64,000 nt of DNA from Pseudomonadota bacterium (GTDB taxonomy: Bacteria > Bdellovibrionota > Bdellovibrionia > Bdellovibrionales > SG-bin7), in assembly GCA_034439715.1 (NCBI GenBank), contig JAWXAY010000033.1, positions 64,252-128,251 on the forward strand, given 5' to 3'. How positions within the stretch are numbered: the stretch's first letter is position 1; the number at the start of each line of letters is the position of its first letter. Shown piece after piece: positions 19,358-29,159 of this stretch. A model generated the notes under the pieces. That model searched no databases. It saw only the letters and a program-made list of their open reading frames with translations, and was not told the DNA's origin. The position numbers and the translations under genes were made by a program.

Positions 19358-20253
19358 GATATTTAGCAATAGTCGCAAGTTTAGTAATTTTGGGATGTAC
19401 CAGTTCTCAAGTTATTACCCAAGCAAATTCAGAAAAATTGGTCAATGACGTTGAGTTCAGCACTTTGCCCGCAGCCAACACCGGTAAGTGTCCCGACAGA
19501 ATCGTTGAAGACACTCTTAAATTTTGGAAATCAGCAGTCATTTTAGCGAACAATTGTGTTGTCGCCAAAAACTGGAATCAGGTCGAGAGCGTTGGCCACA
19601 AAATGAGTGAAAACTTTCCGCATTCTCCCTGGGGATTTTACTATTTAAGTGTAGTGGCTGAACATCAAAATGATTCGAGCCGAGCTCTATGGCTTTTAGA
19701 GAAGGCTCAGGAATTAGATAAATCCATTGCTTTAATTCCTTACCAAAAGGGACGTGTTTTACTAAGGATCGCTGATCATGAAAATGCACGGAAAGAGTTT
19801 GCAAGAGCACTAAGCCTTGATGACAAGTTGCCAGATGCCTATCTTTACTTGGGCCAATTTGCCTTACGTGACCAAAACTACAAATTGGCCGACAAGTATT
19901 TTCAAGGTACGCTCAAGTACCAGGCTTTCAATCGTGAAGCTCTTTTTGGATCGGCCCAATGCAAGGTGCAGATGGGCGACGCTAAAATGGCACTAGATTA
20001 TGCCGAGAGAATTATTAGTTCCAACAAAAAAGATGTTGAAGTGAGATTATTCAAGGCTTTCGTTTTAGAAAGCTATTTACAAAATCTTGATGAGGCTCTG
20101 GCTGAATATCGACACATTTACGCTATGAGTTTAAGTCAAAGAAAAGTGATCATTGGTGACGAGGAGCTTAGTAATAAAATTAAGAGCATTGAGGTATTGT
20201 TGAAAAACAAAAAACAAAATGTCGCTCGTCACGTGTCAGGAGTGAAAAAATGA
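19354..20253 (+). CDS. gltE: TPR lipoprotein (GltE/AglT-like)
   Basis: ILGC lipobox, tandem TPRs, position between gltD-like and gltF-like genes. Confidence 0.68.
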   Translation: MRYLAIVASLVILGCTSSQVITQANSEKLVNDVEFSTLPAANTGKCPDRIVEDTLKFWKSAVILANNCVVAKNWNQVESVGHKMSENFPHSPWGFYYLSVVAEHQNDSSRALWLLEKAQELDKSIALIPYQKGRVLLRIADHENARKEFARALSLDDKLPDAYLYLGQFALRDQNYKLADKYFQGTLKYQAFNREALFGSAQCKVQMGDAKMALDYAERIISSNKKDVEVRLFKAFVLESYLQNLDEALAEYRHIYAMSLSQRKVIIGDEELSNKIKSIEVLLKNKKQNVARHVSGVKK

Positions 20254-20498
20254 AAAAATTATTATTATCCATTTTGGTTTTAGGGCTGATGATTTCACTG
20301 CCGACTGTTGCTCAAGAGCGGACCGCTGGTAAGAATGTTCAGAAAGTCGATTTTTCAGAAACTGACATCAACGGCAAGGTTCGAAGCCCTGATGGCTCTT
20401 ACTTGGTGCAAAAAAAGGGAATCGATTTTGATCCATTATATAAAGTTAAAAAGAAGCTCAACGATAATGTTAAAGAATCTCTAGAATACGTTCATTGA
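20250..20498 (+). CDS. gltF: Small secreted gliding protein (GltF/CglF-like)
   Basis: Signal peptide; VDFSETDINGKVRSPDG...FDPL motif typical of GltF. Confidence 0.72.
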   Translation: MKKLLLSILVLGLMISLPTVAQERTAGKNVQKVDFSETDINGKVRSPDGSYLVQKKGIDFDPLYKVKKKLNDNVKESLEYVH

Positions 20499-20533
20499 TA
20501 CGTTCATTGATACGTTTGCTGATGCGTTTATTG
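20486..20533. repeat. Degenerate 4 x 12-bp tandem repeat
   Basis: ATACGTTCATTG ATACGTTCATTG ATACGTTTGCTG ATGCGTTTATTG. Confidence 0.8.
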
Positions 20534-20542
20534 GGGTAATTT

Positions 20543-22117
20543 ATGAAAAAAACGGAACTGTGTTTAGAATTAAAGCGAGAAAAGCGTTTTCTTAAATTTC
20601 GACAATTGCGTCCGGGTACTCGATTTTTTACCTTAGGGTCAGCGCGGGATGCGGACCTACGCCTACTGGGAAATGACGTTAGCGGAATTCACGCAGTAAT
20701 CGAATACAAAAAAGACGCTTGGTACATTTATGATCTCGGCGGTCCCGGCGGCACTTTTATCGGTAAAGAAAAAATTCTTGAACACAAGCTCGAAAAACCA
20801 GTCGAAGTTCGAATTGGTGCACACACTTTAAATCTATTTAACAGAGAAGTTAATAAAGAGCTTTTTCAGAAGGAAATACGTGACATCAATACGGCCCATG
20901 TCAATGAAAGTAGCCGCTTAGGTCACCAAATTGTCGTGCGCCTAAAGGGCCATGTCATTGAGTCTCACATGTTGAATGCACATGAGTCGTATCACTTTCA
21001 ATATGGAATAAGAAAGTGGGTGCTAAATCCACCAAAAACAAAACAATGGGTCTGGCAAGAGTTTGATAATCTTACGGTGCAGCAACGCCTAATAGGAATG
21101 AGTGACAAGAGTTATTCAGAAAAAATGTCGCCAGCACATTTAATTCCAGTGGAATTAAGGAAGCCTTTGATCGCAGCGGTTTTTACTTTCGCATTGGCAG
21201 TGTTGTTGATGACCATCCCTTACATTGGTCAAGACAAAAAGACCGTCATGCCTGAGGTTAACGCTTATACTGCGATGATCTATGACGCAAAAGTAGTAAA
21301 GAAAAAGATTGAAAAATCTGACAGGGCCGTGGCCAATATTCTTAATCGTGGAAAGCCAAAGGGGCCTCAGCCTGATTCAACAGCCAAGGTTGAGGTGCTC
21401 TCAACCAATGCCAGCGAACTTCAGACTAACAAAACAAGCTTTGATGCCGCGCCGGCCTCGGGTGCAAAAATAGCCAGTCAAAAAGCTATACAACAAATCC
21501 GAGCCACGGGTTTGACAGCTCTGGTGGGGCGACTTTCAAAAAGAGTTACTGCAAACAGTGCTAACCTTATCCGAGTTGAAAATAACAGTAACAGTGATGT
21601 CAGAGGCGGAATGCCGTCTATTCGAGATATCGCTAGTATCGGCGCCAAATTAAATAAAGCAGCACGAACTGGAAGTGGCGGCCCGGGCACACAAAGATTG
21701 GCTGGTATAGGCACAATTGGTTCCGGCGGCGCCAATTCTTACCGCGAGCTTGGCAATTTGACTGCAGGATCTGTGGGTACGGCTGAAGTTGGTCTACTTT
21801 CAGAAGAGGCTGACATTCAGGGCGGACTCGACCGAGAAGTTATCGCTCAGTACATTCAGGGACAGATCGGTCACATTCGCTATTGTTACGAAAGGCAACT
21901 CAGTGCCAACCCTGAGCTTTACGGTAAAATTAAAATACAGTTTATGATTGGTGGCGGCGGTAAAGTTGTCCATCAAAAAGTAAGTTCAACAACACTTAAC
22001 AACGCAATAGTCGAAGGATGTATTCTGAAGCGCGTAGCTGGCTGGGAGTTCCCTACCCCAAAGGGTGGATCGACCGTGCTAGTTTCGTATCCGTTCTTGT
22101 TTAAGAGTACTAATTAG
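20543..22117 (+). CDS. gltG: FHA + TM + TonB-like C-terminal (AgmX/PglI) energy transducer, GltG-like
   Basis: N-terminal FHA-like domain (VSGIHA), single TM, Gly-rich linker, GGLDREVI..IRYCYERQL..WEFPTPKGG..VSYPFLF. Confidence 0.8.
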   Translation: MKKTELCLELKREKRFLKFRQLRPGTRFFTLGSARDADLRLLGNDVSGIHAVIEYKKDAWYIYDLGGPGGTFIGKEKILEHKLEKPVEVRIGAHTLNLFNREVNKELFQKEIRDINTAHVNESSRLGHQIVVRLKGHVIESHMLNAHESYHFQYGIRKWVLNPPKTKQWVWQEFDNLTVQQRLIGMSDKSYSEKMSPAHLIPVELRKPLIAAVFTFALAVLLMTIPYIGQDKKTVMPEVNAYTAMIYDAKVVKKKIEKSDRAVANILNRGKPKGPQPDSTAKVEVLSTNASELQTNKTSFDAAPASGAKIASQKAIQQIRATGLTALVGRLSKRVTANSANLIRVENNSNSDVRGGMPSIRDIASIGAKLNKAARTGSGGPGTQRLAGIGTIGSGGANSYRELGNLTAGSVGTAEVGLLSEEADIQGGLDREVIAQYIQGQIGHIRYCYERQLSANPELYGKIKIQFMIGGGGKVVHQKVSSTTLNNAIVEGCILKRVAGWEFPTPKGGSTVLVSYPFLFKSTN

Positions 22118-22169
22118 AATCTCTTAATATTGACGGGTTCGATAATTTATTAGGCCGAGGAGGCTTATT

Positions 22170-23000
22170 ATGGGACGTCAGAATGCTACTTATAGTATTA
22201 TTTTATTGTTCGTCACGTTAGTGATTTCACCGCTAACCATGGCACAGTCTAACCAGTATAAGAAAAAAACACCTGCAAAAGGCAGCGTGCCAGCACCAGT
22301 GCAAAAACCAGGGCAGGGTGCGGCTCCGGGGCCAAGTTCTGGCGAAAAAGTTGATATCACTGAGCTTGAAGAAAACTACTGGAGTTCTAAAGATACCGAT
22401 TTTAGCGTGGTCCAAAATCGTACCTATACCAAAGAAAAACGAGTCGCCTTAACTGCGCAGCTAGGTAAGCCCACAAATGATAGTTATAACTCGGGCTCTG
22501 TCTATAATTTGGGTTTAAATTATTATTTTAATGAAAGAACTGGTGTGGGTTTAGAGTATAATAGTTTTGAATTAGACAATAGTAAATTGGTTAATTATTT
22601 TAAAAACTCTTACGGCCTTCAGCCCGACAGAACACGCCAAAAGTCGTTTACTGGACTTTTTTATAACTGGGTACCCATTTATGCTAAGGTCAGTCTTTTA
22701 AGTAAAAAAATTCTATATTTTGATTTATCTATTTCGCCGGGAATCGGAGTGACGGAGTATGAGCAGTTTGTTGTCGATGGCAACCAATCAGACTCTGCTT
22801 TATCCTACTGTTTGGATATCACTCAACACTTCTTTTTATCAAAAAATATTGCTCTAAGGTTCGATTTTAAGAATCGTTGGCAAAAAGAGAAAATAAAAGA
22901 ATACGATGCGGCCGGCATAGGAACTGTTAACGGCTCTGTAGTAAGCAATGACTTGGTTCAATCTACCTATTTAATGTTTGGCTTAACGTACTTTTTTTAA
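22170..23000 (+). CDS. Outer-membrane beta-barrel protein (GltA/GltB family)
   Basis: Signal peptide, VVQNRTYTK, W.PIYAKVSL motif, C-terminal GLTYFF. Confidence 0.78.
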   Translation: MGRQNATYSIILLFVTLVISPLTMAQSNQYKKKTPAKGSVPAPVQKPGQGAAPGPSSGEKVDITELEENYWSSKDTDFSVVQNRTYTKEKRVALTAQLGKPTNDSYNSGSVYNLGLNYYFNERTGVGLEYNSFELDNSKLVNYFKNSYGLQPDRTRQKSFTGLFYNWVPIYAKVSLLSKKILYFDLSISPGIGVTEYEQFVVDGNQSDSALSYCLDITQHFFLSKNIALRFDFKNRWQKEKIKEYDAAGIGTVNGSVVSNDLVQSTYLMFGLTYFF

Positions 23001-23011
23001 GAGGTTAATGT

Positions 23012-25402
23012 ATGAAACGACAATTTTTAGTCTTTATAGTTGTCTTAATTAGTGCCATGGACTTCGCCTGGGCCGAAGAAAAAAGTTCGTTGAGCTTTTT
23101 TGACCGTGTTAAGTCAAAGATGGAGCGCATCGTAGTCGAAGCTAAAGATAAGGCGCGAGAGGTTAAGCGCGAGATTGTTCAGTGGTATAATGGCTTTCGC
23201 GTTGACGAGAATAAAGCCGAGAAAACAGAGAAAACAGAAGTGGCTCAAAGTCCCGAGAGCATCGCCCCTGTAGTCCCGTCGGCACCAATAGAGATACCTA
23301 CAGCCCAACCTCAAGATCTCAAAGAAGTTGTAAAAAACATGAAGTCAAGCGGAGGCCTTTCGGTAGAAACTCCTGCGCGTGCAGGTGATAAGAACCTTAA
23401 GCGTAACAAACAAGGTGTTGTATCACTGCCCAAATTTATTAAAAATATTCCCCATCTCGATATTGGCGACGAAGAAAGATTAAGTTATACGGATCTCATT
23501 GGCGATAAAATAAATGTGAAACCTTTGACGGTTAAACCTTTCGCCAAACTCTCTGCTCCCGAACTGGTAGCAAAGAATAGTGTAAATGCGGTCATACCAA
23601 AAAAAATCGAACCTGTGGTTGATGCAGGTAAAAATATTAGTCAGGTTAAGGGCCAAGATTTTCCGGTGACTCAGCAGAAAATTGAAGCAGTGAGTTTTAC
23701 TAGCGATGAACCCCAGGCGGTGCAGGAGTTAGCCCTGAAGCTGCTTTCAGCCAGTGACAAAACTTTGTTGGCAGCCATCATGATGAACGCCACTGGCAAG
23801 GCCTGCCACAATGTGGTCGGACTATTGCGAGATGTTGACGTAAATCACTCGGGATATGCAGAGGCCAAATTCATGAGTGCTGAATGTTTGAGAGAGATGG
23901 GTTTAGGAAGTCAAAAATTGAATGATCTCAAAGAAGTGCTTAGTCAGTCAGACAAAGAATTTGGTTCCTTGGCAATTGGGCGGGTTGGCGAAGACGCCCA
24001 ATTCTCCTATGAAGGTGACGTAGGGCAAATGATTAAGACAGGCCAAATGAAATTTGGCGTGAATGATTCTGACAAAGATGCCGTCTCATTTACCATGGCC
24101 AAAATTTATACTCGCGACGGTCAGTATGACGCCGCCATTCGTGAGGCGACTGTCGTGAAAAGTAAAAGTGAATATTACTCTCGGGCTCAGTTTATTATAA
24201 TGATGTCTCAGTACCTTCAAGGGAACAGCAAGGCAAGTCTTGAAACCGGCAAACAACTATCTCAGTATCTCAACAAAAATGGTGATCCTCAAAAATTAGC
24301 AACGATGGTCAACATGAACATGGGACGAATATATGCCAATGGCCGTTCCTATGACGAATCGCTCAAGAACTATTTGAAGGTCGAAAAAAACCATCCTCAA
24401 TGGGTCGAGGGATTGTTAGAGCAAGGTTGGGTTCAGCTTCACAGCGGTGATTATGTTGGCGCGGTCGGAAATATGTTTTCGATTCAGACGGGGTTTTTTA
24501 GAAACGTATACAAACCTGAATCCTACGCTGTGAGAACGATCGGCTACCTAAATATCTGCCAGTACGGTGACGCCTATCGAACAATTGAAGTCTTCGAAAA
24601 AATTCACCGGCCTTGGTTTTTGAGGGTTGAAGATTACTTAAAGACTAACACCAAGCTTTCTGTTTTTTATGACACTCTTAAAAAACATTTAAAAGATCCA
24701 AAGCAAACTATGGTAGACGGTTTGCCGTTTCAAATCGTAAGAGAGATGGGACGTCACAAAGATTTTCTAAATCTCCAAGAAGGTATCAATGAGCTCATCG
24801 ATGAAGTCGATCAATGGAGTTACATAGAAAAGTTTTTTGTCAAAGACCTTAAACAATTAAATGCTAATCTTAAACAGTTCACTATTGAAAGACAGGGCCT
24901 ACTGTCAAAAGTCACCAAACTTCAGGCCAACAAGACTCAAACCGAAGAAGTGGCCAACATTAAAAGAACTATTAAGCAGTACGAAGTCAAAGAAGGAGTC
25001 GTTAAGTTTAGGCTAGAAATGGTTGCTCGCGCCCAAACAAATTTTGGAGCTGCAAAAAAAGAAGTAACCAAGCTAATTAGCTTAAGGAAAAATGAAATGA
25101 AAGGCAAAGCCGAGAGGGTTTTGGCGAAAAGACTCAAATCAATTCGCGACAATCTCAAAGAATTATTTGCCAATAACGATTTGCTTCGCTTTGAAGTTTT
25201 CTCGGGTAGCGGTGAGAACATAAGGTTTCAGGTGGCCGGCGGCGAAAAAGGGTTAGCCCGTACGCCAGCGAGCCTCAAAGAGAACGCCAAGAATTTAAAT
25301 TGGGACTTTGACGGTGAAATTTGGGAGGACGAAATAGGTAATTTTAGGTCGTCTTTGCAGAATAACTGTCCTAAAGAGAAATCACGTAATGCAGGTTTAT
25401 AA
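23012..25402 (+). CDS. gltC: Periplasmic TPR protein (GltC-like)
   Basis: Signal peptide, TPRs, YLNICQY, C-terminal WDFDGEIWEDEIGNFRSSLQNNC. Confidence 0.72.
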   Translation: MKRQFLVFIVVLISAMDFAWAEEKSSLSFFDRVKSKMERIVVEAKDKAREVKREIVQWYNGFRVDENKAEKTEKTEVAQSPESIAPVVPSAPIEIPTAQPQDLKEVVKNMKSSGGLSVETPARAGDKNLKRNKQGVVSLPKFIKNIPHLDIGDEERLSYTDLIGDKINVKPLTVKPFAKLSAPELVAKNSVNAVIPKKIEPVVDAGKNISQVKGQDFPVTQQKIEAVSFTSDEPQAVQELALKLLSASDKTLLAAIMMNATGKACHNVVGLLRDVDVNHSGYAEAKFMSAECLREMGLGSQKLNDLKEVLSQSDKEFGSLAIGRVGEDAQFSYEGDVGQMIKTGQMKFGVNDSDKDAVSFTMAKIYTRDGQYDAAIREATVVKSKSEYYSRAQFIIMMSQYLQGNSKASLETGKQLSQYLNKNGDPQKLATMVNMNMGRIYANGRSYDESLKNYLKVEKNHPQWVEGLLEQGWVQLHSGDYVGAVGNMFSIQTGFFRNVYKPESYAVRTIGYLNICQYGDAYRTIEVFEKIHRPWFLRVEDYLKTNTKLSVFYDTLKKHLKDPKQTMVDGLPFQIVREMGRHKDFLNLQEGINELIDEVDQWSYIEKFFVKDLKQLNANLKQFTIERQGLLSKVTKLQANKTQTEEVANIKRTIKQYEVKEGVVKFRLEMVARAQTNFGAAKKEVTKLISLRKNEMKGKAERVLAKRLKSIRDNLKELFANNDLLRFEVFSGSGENIRFQVAGGEKGLARTPASLKENAKNLNWDFDGEIWEDEIGNFRSSLQNNCPKEKSRNAGL

Positions 25403-25429
25403 GGAAATTTAAGATCTATAGGGGGATTT

Positions 25430-26062
25430 ATGAGAAAACTATTATTATCTTTGCTAGTGGTGAGTTTAAGTCACTCGGCACATGCTAAAATGGATGCAGC
25501 TCAAAAGGTGGAGCAATTAAAAACTAATGCTGAGAACAGTAAATCAAACTTAACTCAGTATGAAGCCAATTTGAGCGCGGTGAGTAACAATCTGGATTCA
25601 GTCGACAGGGCTTTGGGTACTTTAAAAGACCAACGCAAACAACTAAATCTGGGCGACAAACAAATTAACGCCAACAAGTTAGAGCTCGACAAGCAAAAAG
25701 TCTCAGTCCAAAAATTTATGACAGAAGAACAGAAGGTCATAGACAAAGAAGAGATTGAAATTCAAAAGCTAAAGCAGGTTCTCGCGAAGCTCGAGGAAAA
25801 CAGGGTGAAGAGGCAACAAAATATTACGACTTACCAAGAACGCCTAGTTCAAATTGATAAAGAAAAGCTCGAGTGGGACGAACAAAAGAAAAACATGGCT
25901 GAGCTCAAAGGGCTTGTCGATACCAAAACCGTGTCCACCGAAAACGAGCGCACCAAGTGGAATGGTCGAAAAGACGCCTACAAGAAGGAAGTCAAAAAGT
26001 GGTCCGAACAGACAACGGCTGCCGAGAGCACATATTCTCAGTTCAAAAATTTTGCTGACTAA
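25430..26062 (+). CDS. Secreted coiled-coil protein
   Basis: Signal peptide (SAHA) followed by about 190 aa of heptad repeats. Confidence 0.75.
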   Translation: MRKLLLSLLVVSLSHSAHAKMDAAQKVEQLKTNAENSKSNLTQYEANLSAVSNNLDSVDRALGTLKDQRKQLNLGDKQINANKLELDKQKVSVQKFMTEEQKVIDKEEIEIQKLKQVLAKLEENRVKRQQNITTYQERLVQIDKEKLEWDEQKKNMAELKGLVDTKTVSTENERTKWNGRKDAYKKEVKKWSEQTTAAESTYSQFKNFAD

Positions 26063-26144
26063 TAAGTCAGCAAGAAAGACCTGATTTTAGCCATTTATAG
26101 GAATAGGCTTGTCACGGACAAGCGAATCTGAGAACCGTTTATAG

Positions 26145-27128
26145 ATGAGTCTCATTCGACGGTCATTTATGCCATTTATAAAGGTAGGTATCGCAGTCGC
26201 GATCATTTACCTAATGGTTGATAAGGGCCTCTTAAATCTCCACGAAATGTTTAGTGTACTAACTGCGAGAGATCTCGCTCTTTGTCTGTTTTTAGTATTT
26301 TTGGGCCTAGTGTTTTCGTCATTTCGTTGGCTGGTACTTTTAAGTGGTCAAGGCTTTAGAGCCCATATAGCTCAAGTTTTCTCTTTACAGTTAGTCGGTC
26401 TATTTTTTAATTTTGTGGTTCCTGGCGGCGTGGGTGGTGATCTCATAAAGGGATACTATTTAGTAAAGTCCCAAGACAACGAAAAATTTTTAGCGGCGAC
26501 AAGTATTTTTGTAGATCGTGTAATAGGACTATGGACTATGCTGATCATAGTAGTTTTTTCGGGCGTATTTATCATGCCCGTACTTCTGGTGAACCCTAAA
26601 ATAATGTACATTTATAAGTTGATGATGGTTGCCGGAGGAATTTTTTCTTTGATACTCGGAGTGGCATTTTCAAAAAGAATAAATAGTTCGGGTATTATCC
26701 AAAAAACCACTTCAAAGATAATTTATGGAGAATTTCTTTATAAATGTTATGAGTCGATTCATAGTTACTGTTCAAATAAAGCGGCAATAGTTAAGGCTGT
26801 GGTCCTTTCTTTTAGCACGCAGGTGACTTCAATTTTATTTTTTTACATCGTGGGCAATGCGTTGGGCGCGCCCCTAGATTTAAAAGCCTATTTGTTTATT
26901 GTACCTTTGGGATTTGTTTGTTCATCGCTTCCAATTACGCCTGCAAGTATCGGCATTGGCCAAATGGTATTTTTAGCAATCTTTAATCTTTATATTGGAG
27001 ATAAAACTCAAATAGGACCTAATTCAGTTAGTCTTTTTCAAATCGTCACCTTTGTTTGGGGTTTGCTAGGCGGCGGTATTTATCTATTTAAAAAGAAGTA
27101 TACTTTGGACACCAAACTAGGTTTATGA
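26145..27128 (+). CDS. Lysylphosphatidylglycerol-synthase-TM (UPF0104/AglD2) flippase-like membrane protein
   Basis: FRWLVLL, FFNFVVPGGVGGDLIK, DRVIGL and LPITPASIG motifs. Confidence 0.85.
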   Translation: MSLIRRSFMPFIKVGIAVAIIYLMVDKGLLNLHEMFSVLTARDLALCLFLVFLGLVFSSFRWLVLLSGQGFRAHIAQVFSLQLVGLFFNFVVPGGVGGDLIKGYYLVKSQDNEKFLAATSIFVDRVIGLWTMLIIVVFSGVFIMPVLLVNPKIMYIYKLMMVAGGIFSLILGVAFSKRINSSGIIQKTTSKIIYGEFLYKCYESIHSYCSNKAAIVKAVVLSFSTQVTSILFFYIVGNALGAPLDLKAYLFIVPLGFVCSSLPITPASIGIGQMVFLAIFNLYIGDKTQIGPNSVSLFQIVTFVWGLLGGGIYLFKKKYTLDTKLGL

Positions 27129-27715
27129 ATAAAACAGAAAAAGTCATTCTCTTAAAGCGCGTAAAATACGGAGAGTCCGATCTCATCCTGCATGGAATAA
27201 ACGCCTCAGGCGCTAAGATTCATTTGTTTGCGCGTGCCGCTCTAAAGAGTAAGAAACGTTTTGGTGGTGGCGTGCTCGAGGCGCTTAATTGCATACAGGC
27301 GGTTTATCGTGTTAGTGAAAGGGAGGGTAGTGACCCTCTTTATCAATTACAAGAAGCCAGCCTGATCCATGGATTCCCAAAACTCCGCACCGATTACGCG
27401 AGACTAGAGCTCGTTTTTTATTTTGTGAAGTCGATAGGGCACGCCGCGCAGATGGGTACTGTCGACGGTGAGCCTTTATTTAATTTGTTGGGAAATGCCA
27501 TGAAGGCTGCAGAAACTACCAATGATTTATCACGCCTAAAACTGCACTTTGAGATCAAGCTACTAGCGATTCAAGGCGTGTTGCCGCAAATTTCCCACCG
27601 AGATATTTTTATGAATAGTTCGGTATCGGAGAGCGAAAGCTTGACCCTTCCCAAGGAAGAGGATTGGGGTTTGGTACAAAAAGAAATGGCGCTCGCCATG
27701 AGCCAATTACCTTAA
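27125..27715 (+). CDS. recO: DNA repair protein RecO
   Basis: ILLKRVKYGESDLI, ARAALKSKKRFGG, FEIKLL..QG. Confidence 0.85.
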   Translation: MNKTEKVILLKRVKYGESDLILHGINASGAKIHLFARAALKSKKRFGGGVLEALNCIQAVYRVSEREGSDPLYQLQEASLIHGFPKLRTDYARLELVFYFVKSIGHAAQMGTVDGEPLFNLLGNAMKAAETTNDLSRLKLHFEIKLLAIQGVLPQISHRDIFMNSSVSESESLTLPKEEDWGLVQKEMALAMSQLP

Positions 27716-28929
27716 GGGTTAACCGAAGCGCGGCTTAATTTTTCGCTTCCACCCGGTATAAGCTTAAATAGCAATGGCGTGATAACACTAGTGAAAAGGC
27801 CCATCAAAACAAGCGCGGTATATAGACCTTGACCGATAAATTTTTTCTCGAGCGCAATAGTGGCTATCACGATTTCCATAACGCCGCGGCCATTGAGCAT
27901 TATGCCAAGTCCCCACGACTCAGATTTTGTGAACCCCATAATTTGGCCACTTAGCCAGCCGGCAAATATTTTTGAAACAACAGAGCCAAATATAATTAAA
28001 ACCACCATAAAGACCGACTCAATCGCAAAAATATTAAATTGCAAACCAATGTAGGCAAAAAAGACGGGCGAAAGAAATCCCGTAGAAATTGAGTTGATGT
28101 TTTTTTGAAGCTCCATATAGCGCGGAGCCATAAAAAAATCTCGGCGGAGTAACAAGGCACCAAAAAAAGAGCCAATAATATTATGAAAGCCCAACGCCTC
28201 GCTGAAGACTCCAAAAGTTAATACGAAGGCAATGGTAATTCCAAAGAGCGCATCCCGACCAAAAAGCCCGACTAGTTGCTCGGGAATTTTGTGAATGGGG
28301 AGCCCTTTCTTTTGGGCTATCATAAAGCCAAGGTTTGTTAAATAGACTGATAAAATGAACGCGCAAAGTTTAAGGCTAGAAAAGAATACCGAGGACAACA
28401 CTGTTGCCCAGGTTTTTGTTTCGGGCAAAGCAATAAGGACACCCAAAAATAGAAGCGCTAGAACATCATTGACCACGGCCGTCGCGAGCGTCAGATTGGC
28501 CAAGCGAGTATTCAATAGATTGAGATTGGTTAGTATTCCTATGGCTACGGGAATAGCCGTAATTGAAATACAAAGCCCCATAAAAAAAGTTCTCAAAATA
28601 TCAAAGCCCAGAATGTTTCCAATTAAAAATCCAACGGCAAATGGAATGGCAAAGCCAATGATTGTCGCTAATAAACCCTTCCCCCTTAACATACGAGCGA
28701 CCTCTTTTAGGTCCATCTCGAGGCCAGCACTAAAAACAATAAGAAACACGGCGAGATCGGCAACGCCAGAGAGGGCTTGGGAGCCGTCAATAATATTAAA
28801 TGCTGTGGGCCCCAGCAGGATACCGGCCAACATTTCTCCTAGGATCGCTGGTTGTCCGTAGCGTTCGGCAAGGCCGGCCAGAATGCGTGCCGAGATGATT
28901 ATTAAGAGTAGACTAGTTAGCATCGACAT
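27712..28929 (-). CDS. Cation:proton antiporter (CPA2, Kef/NapA-like)
   Basis: GQPAILGEMLAGILLGP, AGLEMD, AVVNDV, PVFFAYIG, RGVM; about 12 TM segments. Confidence 0.9.
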   Translation of the reverse strand: MSMLTSLLLIIISARILAGLAERYGQPAILGEMLAGILLGPTAFNIIDGSQALSGVADLAVFLIVFSAGLEMDLKEVARMLRGKGLLATIIGFAIPFAVGFLIGNILGFDILRTFFMGLCISITAIPVAIGILTNLNLLNTRLANLTLATAVVNDVLALLFLGVLIALPETKTWATVLSSVFFSSLKLCAFILSVYLTNLGFMIAQKKGLPIHKIPEQLVGLFGRDALFGITIAFVLTFGVFSEALGFHNIIGSFFGALLLRRDFFMAPRYMELQKNINSISTGFLSPVFFAYIGLQFNIFAIESVFMVVLIIFGSVVSKIFAGWLSGQIMGFTKSESWGLGIMLNGRGVMEIVIATIALEKKFIGQGLYTALVLMGLFTSVITPLLFKLIPGGSEKLSRASVNP

Positions 28930-29036
28930 ACTTAGAATTCTGATCTACGATCTAAGTCGAGTCTACCAAAAAATCTCAGGCTGAAACACCAAGACCTGCT
29001 TACAAAAAAACGTTACAGAAATAGGGTCTGGTGACC

Positions 29037-29049
29037 TAAGCCATTGAAA
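29037..29049 (-). promoter_or_regulatory. IHF-like binding site
   Basis: Minus strand TTTCAATGGCTTA versus WATCAANNNNTTR (one mismatch). Confidence 0.35.
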
Positions 29050-29159
29050 AATCGTTTATTTTATGCCGCAACGATTACAGATAGTTCACCTGTCAGGAAA
29101 GTTACACTAGAAATTTACCTTACAATTAGGGATAATTAATAGATAGGGGGACAAAAGCA

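Noticed and set aside
20486..20533. Tandem repeat considered as a mini-CRISPR
   Set aside because: Units are 12 bp and contiguous, with no unique spacers
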